Position numbers and translations under genes: made by a program
IMG/VR virus record: IMGVR_UViG_2534682173_000012
Direction: 5' to 3' (one strand)
DNA: 5,989 bases
Origin: a virus
Lineage: Duplodnaviria; Heunggongvirae; Uroviricota; Caudoviricetes
Notes under the pieces: generated by a model
The model's input: the letters and a program-made list of their open reading frames with translations, nothing else
Databases searched by the model: none
Told to the model about the DNA's origin: nothing
Shown: in pieces, positions 1 to 5,989 of the stretch
How the letters are laid out: the number at the start of each line of letters is the position of its first letter
How positions within the stretch are numbered: position 1 is the first letter of the stretch

Positions 1-1
1 G

Positions 2-1416
<1,415 letters not shown>

Positions 1417-1665
1417 TAACACGGAAACACCAGACGGTACGGTTACAGTCACCATCAGCGATGATCATAACTTTGACCGCCAGATTATTATTCCGCCCAT
1501 TATTTTTAACGGTATAGCGTATGACGATCCGGGGAGCGGAAATAACCCAGGAGGCACGCGATACACGGGTTATGGTTTTGAAGTTCGCAAAAACGGCGTA
1601 TTAATCGCGTCCAGAGAAACTAAAGGGGCCATTCCCGGTAGTTACAGTGCAGTTATTGATATGCC

Positions 1666-1855
1666 GAGTGGCAGGGGAAGCGTCACTCTGGAGTTTAAGA
1701 TTTTCCAGAAAGGCAATCAGGGGGCAGGCAATATCACCGACTGTACGGTGATTGTGACCAGAGTGGCAGGGGAAGCGTCACTCTGGAGTTTAAGATTTTC
1801 CAGAAAGGCAATCAGGGGGCAGGCAATATCACCGACTGTACGGTGATTGTGACCA
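1666..1855 (+). repeat. Perfect direct tandem duplication, 2 x 95 bp (1666-1760 and 1761-1855), inside the 3' end of J
   Basis: Both units read gagtggcaggggaagcgtcactctggagtttaagattttccagaaaggcaatcagggggcaggcaatatcaccgactgtacggtgattgtgacca; compared base by base, no mismatch. Flanking bases (c before, a after) do not allow the boundaries to slide. Confidence 0.95.
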
Positions 1856-1907
1856 AAAAAGCCGCTTCCGGCATCAGTATTCGTTGAAATTGTTATAACC
1901 CATATAA

Positions 1908-1935
1908 GGGCGTCAGAAATGACGCCTTTTTTATT
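1908..1935 (+). terminator. Rho-independent terminator downstream of J
   Basis: Stem ggcgtca (1909-1915), loop gaaa, stem tgacgcc (1920-1926), followed by TTTTTT (1927-1932). Confidence 0.7.
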
Positions 1936-1945
1936 GCAGAAAAGC

Positions 1946-1951
1946 GAGAGG
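1946..1951 (+). promoter_or_regulatory. Ribosome-binding site of lom
   Basis: gagagg, 5 nt upstream of ATG 1957. Confidence 0.5.
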
Positions 1952-1956
1952 TAATT

Positions 1957-2556
1957 ATGCGTAAACTTTATGCCGCCATTTTGTCCGCAGCCATTTGTCT
2001 GGCCGTATCCGGTGCGCCTGCATGGGCGTCTGAACATCAGTCCACGCTGAGCGCGGGGTATCTTCATGCCTCGACGAACGTTCCCGGCAGCGATGATCTG
2101 AACGGGATTAACGTGAAATACCGTTATGAGTTTACGGACACACTGGGGATGGTGACGTCATTCAGCTATGCAGGAGACAAGAATCGCCAGCTGACCCGTT
2201 ACAGCGATACCCGCTGGCATGAAGATTCCGTGCGTAACCGCTGGTTCAGCGTGATGGCGGGGCCGTCTGTGCGCGTGAATGAATGGTTCAGCGCGTATGC
2301 GATGGCGGGTGTGGCTTACAGCCGTGTGTCGACTTTCTCCGGGGATTATCTCCGCGTAACTGACAACAAGGGGAAAACGCACGATGTGCTGACCGGAAGT
2401 GATGACGGTCGCCACAGCAACACGTCTCTGGCGTGGGGAGCTGGCGTGCAGTTTAACCCGACCGAATCCGTGGCCATTGATATTGCTTATGAAGGCTCCG
2501 GCAGTGGCGACTGGCGCACTGACGGTTTCATCGTGGGTGTCGGTTATAAGTTCTGA
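1957..2556 (+). CDS. lom: Lom outer-membrane protein (Ail/Lom/OmpX/PagC family 8-stranded beta-barrel), lambda-type moron
   Basis: 199-aa ORF: MRKLYAAILSAAICLAVSGAPAWA (signal peptide, likely cleaved after AWA) ...SEHQSTLSAGYLHAS...GFIVGVGYKF, ending in the aromatic C-terminal residue typical of outer-membrane beta-barrels. Matches my recollection of lambda Lom. Good RBS upstream; position between J and stf as in lambda. Confidence 0.93.
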   Translation: MRKLYAAILSAAICLAVSGAPAWASEHQSTLSAGYLHASTNVPGSDDLNGINVKYRYEFTDTLGMVTSFSYAGDKNRQLTRYSDTRWHEDSVRNRWFSVMAGPSVRVNEWFSAYAMAGVAYSRVSTFSGDYLRVTDNKGKTHDVLTGSDDGRHSNTSLAWGAGVQFNPTESVAIDIAYEGSGSGDWRTDGFIVGVGYKF

Positions 2557-2582
2557 TTAGCCAGGTAACACAGTGTTATGAC

Positions 2583-2610
2583 AGCCCGCCGGTTCAGGCG
2601 GGCTTTTTTG
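2583..2610 (+). terminator. Rho-independent terminator downstream of lom
   Basis: Stem agcccgc (2583-2589), 8-nt loop, stem gcgggct (2598-2604), followed by TTTTTT (2604-2609). Confidence 0.75.
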
Positions 2611-2620
2611 TGGGGTGAAT

Positions 2621-5600
2621 ATGGCAGTAAAGATTTCAGGTGTACTGAAAGACGGCACAGGAAAACCGGTACAGAACTGCACAATCCAGCTGAAAGCAAA
2701 ACGTAACAGCACCACGGTGGTGGTGAACACGCTGGCCTCAGAAAATCCGGATGAAGCCGGGCGTTACAGCATGGACGTTGAGTACGGTCAGTACAGCGTT
2801 ATTCTGTTGGTGGAAGGATTCCCGCCGTCACATGCCGGGACCATCACCGTGTATGAAGATTCTCAACCCGGTACGCTGAATGATTTTCTCGGTGCCATGA
2901 CGGAGGATGATGCCCGTCCGGAGGCACTGCGCCGTTTTGAACTGATGGTGGAAGAGGTGGCGCGTAACGCGTCCGTAGTGGCACAGAACACGGCAGCCGC
3001 GAAGAAGTCAGCCGGCGATGCCGGCACATCTGCCCGTGAGGCGGCAACCCATGCGACTGATGCTGCAGGCTCAGCACGCGCAGCCAGCACGTCAGCCGGA
3101 CAGGCCGCTTCGTCGGCTCAGTCAGCGTCTTCCAGCGCAGGAACGGCATCAACAAAGGCCACTGAAGCCTCAAAAAGTGCTGCCGCTGCAGAGTCCTCAA
3201 AAAGCGCGGCAGCTACCAGTGCCGGTGCGGCGAAAACGTCAGAAACGAATGCTGCAGCGTCACAACAATCAGCAGCCACTTCTGCATCCACCGCGACCAC
3301 GAAAGCGTCAGAAGCTGCCACCTCAGCCCGGGATGCGTCGGCTTCAAAAGAGGCAGCGAAATCATCAGAAACGAACGCATCCTCGAGCGCCAGTAGCGCA
3401 GCTTCCTCGGCAACGGCGGCAGGCAATTCCGCGAAGGCGGCAAAAACGTCCGAGACGAACGCCAGGTCTTCTGAGACGGCAGCGGGACAGAGCGCCTCAG
3501 CTGCGGCAGGCTCAAAAACAGCGGCTGCGTCGTCTGCCAGTGCCGCGTCAACAAGTGCCGGGCAGGCCTCAGCCAGTGCCACCGCCGCCGGAAAATCGGC
3601 AGAAAGTGCTGCATCGTCCGCTTCAACAGCCACAACGAAGGCTGGCGAAGCCGCTGTACAGGCCAGCGCAGCAGCGAGGTCTGCTTCCGCAGCGAAGACA
3701 TCCGAAACGAATGCGAAAGCGTCGGAAACCCGTGCAGAATCCTCAAAAACGGCAGCCGCATCGTCCGCCAGTTCGGCAGCGTCATCGGCATCATCTGCGT
3801 CTGCTTCAAAAGATGAGGCGACCAGACAGGCGTCAGCAGCGAAGGGCAGCGCCACGACGGCATCCACGAAAGCAACAGAGGCGGCAGGCAGTGCGACGGC
3901 GGCATCTCAGAGCAAAACTACTGCTGAATCCGCTGCGACCCGTGCGGAAGCTGCTGCTGATCGTGCTGAAGAGATTGCCGGTGCAGTTGCGATGGAAGAC
4001 GCAAGCCTTACAACTAAAGGTGTTGTGAAACTTAGCAGTGCTGTTGATAGCACCAGTGAATCGCTGGCGGCAACGCCAAAGGCAGTAAAATCAGCCTATG
4101 ACAATGCAGAGAAACGTCTGCAGAAAGACCAGAACGGCGCTGATATACCCGATAAGGGACGCTTCCTGAACAACATTAACGCGGTCAGTAAAACAGACTT
4201 TGCTGATAAGCGTGGTATGCGTTATGTGCGGGTTAACGCTCCTGCAGGTGCAACATCTGGAAAATATTACCCTGTTGTTGTTATGCGTTCTGCTGGCTCA
4301 GTAAGCGAACTGGCATCAAGGGTCATTATCACCACGGCAACGCGACCCGCAGGCGATCCGATGAATAACTGCGAGTTTAACGGATTTGTTATGCCTGGTG
4401 GCTGGACTGACAGGGGGCGTTATGCTTATGGAATGTTCTGGCAATATCAAAACAATGAACGAGCCATCCACTCAATAATGATGAGTAATAAGGGCGATGA
4501 TTTGCGCTCTGTGTTCTATGTTGATGGCGCTGCTTTCCCTGTTTTTGCGTTTATCGAAGATGGCCTGTCAATATCCGCACCTGGTGCTGATCTCGTTGTT
4601 AATGATACGACCTATAAGTTTGGGGCAACAAATCCGGCGACTGAATGTATCGCGGCGGACGTTATCCTTGATTTTAAGAGTGGGCGTGGTTTTTATGAGT
4701 CTCATTCGTTAATCGTTAACGATAACTTGTCGTGCAAAAAACTTTTTGCCACAGACGAAATTGTAGCGCGTGGTGGTAATCAGATTCGAATGATAGGTGG
4801 GGAGTATGGGGCATTATGGCGTAATGATGGCGCTAAAACTTACCTGCTGCTTACCAATCAAGGTGATGTTTATGGTGGCTGGAATACATTAAGACCGTTT
4901 GCTATTGATAACGCAACCGGCGAACTGGTTATTGGAACCAAACTGTCCGCAAGTCTGAACGGTAATGCATTAACAGCAACAAAGCTGCAAACGCCAAGAC
5001 GGGTTTCTGGTGTTGAGTTTGATGGTTCCAAAGATATTACTTTAACCGCCGCGCATGTGGCTGCTTTTGCCAGAAGGGCAACGGATACATATGCCGATGC
5101 GGATGGTGGCGTTCCCTGGAATGCCGAATCAGGCGCTTACAATGTCACCCGCTCTGGCGACAGCTATATTCTGGTTAACTTCTATACCGGAGTCGGAAGT
5201 TGCCGGACCCTGCAGATGAAGGCGCATTACAGAAATGGTGGTCTGTTCTACCGTTCTTCAAGAGATGGCTATGGTTTTGAGGAAGACTGGGCAGAAGTTT
5301 ATACCTCGAAAAATCTTCCACCAGAAAGCTACCCAGTCGGCGCACCAATCCCGTGGCCATCAGATACCGTTCCGTCTGGTTATGCCCTGATGCAGGGGCA
5401 GACTTTTGACAAATCTGCCTACCCGAAACTTGCTGCCGCTTATCCGTCAGGCGTGATCCCTGATTTGCGTGGCTGGACGATTAAGGGCAAGCCCGCCAGT
5501 GGTCGTGCCGTATTGTCTCAGGAACAGGACGGCATAAAATCGCATACCCACAGCGCCAGCGCATCCAGTACGGATTTGGGGACGAAAACCACATCGTCGT

Positions 5601-5989
5601 TTGATTACGGCACTAAATCCACGAATAACACTGGTGCGCATACCCATAGTTTAAGTGGCAGCACGAATGCAGCTGGTAATCACAGCCATAGAGATGGCCG
5701 TCGATTTAACCCCAGTGTTTTTAAAGATACTTATCAATATGGTTATACAAGCTCAGGTCAAAATACCTGGGGTGTACAAGGCTCAGTAGGTATGTCTACG
5801 GGGTGGTTAGCGAATACCAGTACAGATGGTAATCATAGCCATTCACTGTCCGGCACAGCAGCATCTGCAGGTGCACACGCGCATACTGTCGGTATTGGTG
5901 CTCATACGCACTCCGTTGCGATTGGTTCACATGGACACACCATCACCGTTAACGCTGCTGGTAACGCGGAAAACACCGTCAAAAACATC
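2621..5989 (+). CDS. stf: Side tail fibre protein Stf, 3'-partial (no stop before window end; at least 1123 codons)
   Basis: Hand translation of frame 2 from ATG 2621 has no stop through 5989, and the ORF track (which lists only ATG-to-stop ORFs) shows no frame-2 ORF here, consistent with that. N-terminus [62 protein letters not shown] matches the lambdoid Stf N-terminus as I recall it. Later come [20 protein letters not shown], a tail-collar-like segment ([50 protein letters not shown]) and repeated H-x-H motifs. Weak SD (gggg) 5 nt upstream of the ATG. Confidence 0.9.
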   Translation, partial: MAVKISGVLKDGTGKPVQNCTIQLKAKRNSTTVVVNTLASENPDEAGRYSMDVEYGQYSVILLVEGFPPSHAGTITVYEDSQPGTLNDFLGAMTEDDARPEALRRFELMVEEVARNASVVAQNTAAAKKSAGDAGTSAREAATHATDAAGSARAASTSAGQAASSAQSASSSAGTASTKATEASKSAAAAESSKSAAATSAGAAKTSETNAAASQQSAATSASTATTKASEAATSARDASASKEAAKSSETNASSSASSAASSATAAGNSAKAAKTSETNARSSETAAGQSASAAAGSKTAAASSASAASTSAGQASASATAAGKSAESAASSASTATTKAGEAAVQASAAARSASAAKTSETNAKASETRAESSKTAAASSASSAASSASSASASKDEATRQASAAKGSATTASTKATEAAGSATAASQSKTTAESAATRAEAAADRAEEIAGAVAMEDASLTTKGVVKLSSAVDSTSESLAATPKAVKSAYDNAEKRLQKDQNGADIPDKGRFLNNINAVSKTDFADKRGMRYVRVNAPAGATSGKYYPVVVMRSAGSVSELASRVIITTATRPAGDPMNNCEFNGFVMPGGWTDRGRYAYGMFWQYQNNERAIHSIMMSNKGDDLRSVFYVDGAAFPVFAFIEDGLSISAPGADLVVNDTTYKFGATNPATECIAADVILDFKSGRGFYESHSLIVNDNLSCKKLFATDEIVARGGNQIRMIGGEYGALWRNDGAKTYLLLTNQGDVYGGWNTLRPFAIDNATGELVIGTKLSASLNGNALTATKLQTPRRVSGVEFDGSKDITLTAAHVAAFARRATDTYADADGGVPWNAESGAYNVTRSGDSYILVNFYTGVGSCRTLQMKAHYRNGGLFYRSSRDGYGFEEDWAEVYTSKNLPPESYPVGAPIPWPSDTVPSGYALMQGQTFDKSAYPKLAAAYPSGVIPDLRGWTIKGKPASGRAVLSQEQDGIKSHTHSASASSTDLGTKTTSSFDYGTKSTNNTGAHTHSLSGSTNAAGNHSHRDGRRFNPSVFKDTYQYGYTSSGQNTWGVQGSVGMSTGWLANTSTDGNHSHSLSGTAASAGAHAHTVGIGAHTHSVAIGSHGHTITVNAAGNAENTVKNI
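2990..3990 (+). repeat. GC-rich low-complexity region of stf encoding an Ala/Ser/Thr-rich shaft with degenerate internal repeats
   Basis: About 330 codons that are almost entirely A/S/T/K/E/G. The motif AAK(T/S)SETNA recurs four times (nt about 3228-3263, 3353-3385, 3431-3470, 3690-3730). Codon periodicity (GCN/TCN/ACN) creates long spurious ORFs in other frames and on the opposite strand. Confidence 0.6.

Noticed and set aside
1666-1855. Diversity-generating retroelement (template/variable repeat pair) at the J 3' end
   Set aside because: The two copies are directly adjacent and perfectly identical, with no adenine-specific differences, and no reverse transcriptase gene is in the window. 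This is a simple tandem duplication.
1880-1956. Sigma70 promoter for lom in the AT-rich stretch upstream of the terminator (ttgaaa 1883-1888; tataac 1893-1898; tataag 1903-1908)
   Set aside because: None of the -35/-10 combinations has acceptable spacing (4-14 bp), so I cannot support a promoter call from sequence alone.
3118-3905. Two overlapping antisense ORFs (249 aa Ala/Asp-rich, 3118..3867; 230 aa, 3213..3905)
   Set aside because: They are the reverse-complement reading of the Ala/Ser-rich stf shaft; low complexity and strand-symmetric codon periodicity explain them. Spurious.
3018-4028. 336-aa Arg/Gln/Pro-rich ORF on + strand, frame 3
   Set aside because: It lies wholly inside stf (frame 2) in the GC-rich Ala/Ser codon-periodic region; the extreme Arg/Pro composition is the typical signature of reading GCN/NCG repeats out of frame. 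No RBS or independent support.
4497-5647. Small ORFs inside stf (4497..4712 +, 5175..5360 -, 5447..5647 -)
   Set aside because: 61-71 aa, wrong frame or strand within a continuous, well-supported stf reading frame; no start-site signals.

Overview
The window is the distal end of a lambda-like (lambdoid enterobacterial) phage or prophage tail-gene cluster, all on the + strand: the 3' ~1.9 kb of the host-specificity gene J, the lom outer-membrane 'moron' bracketed by two rho-independent terminators, and almost the whole side tail fibre gene stf (open from 2621 to the window end). Calls rest on hand translation and recalled similarity to phage lambda J, Lom and Stf; no database search was run. 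The most unusual thing visible is that J is broken three times (a 1-bp deletion near 1073, a +1 indel near 1400-1430, and a perfect 95-bp tandem duplication at 1666-1855), while lom and stf are intact. stf is mosaic: a lambda-like N-terminus, a GC-rich Ala/Ser/Thr-rich repetitive shaft, a lower-GC ~400-codon internal module I do not recognise, then a tail-collar-like segment and a His-x-His repeat array. I see no RNA genes, CRISPR arrays, integrases or transposases, and no unknown multi-gene system; the novelty candidates are the J lesions and the stf internal module.
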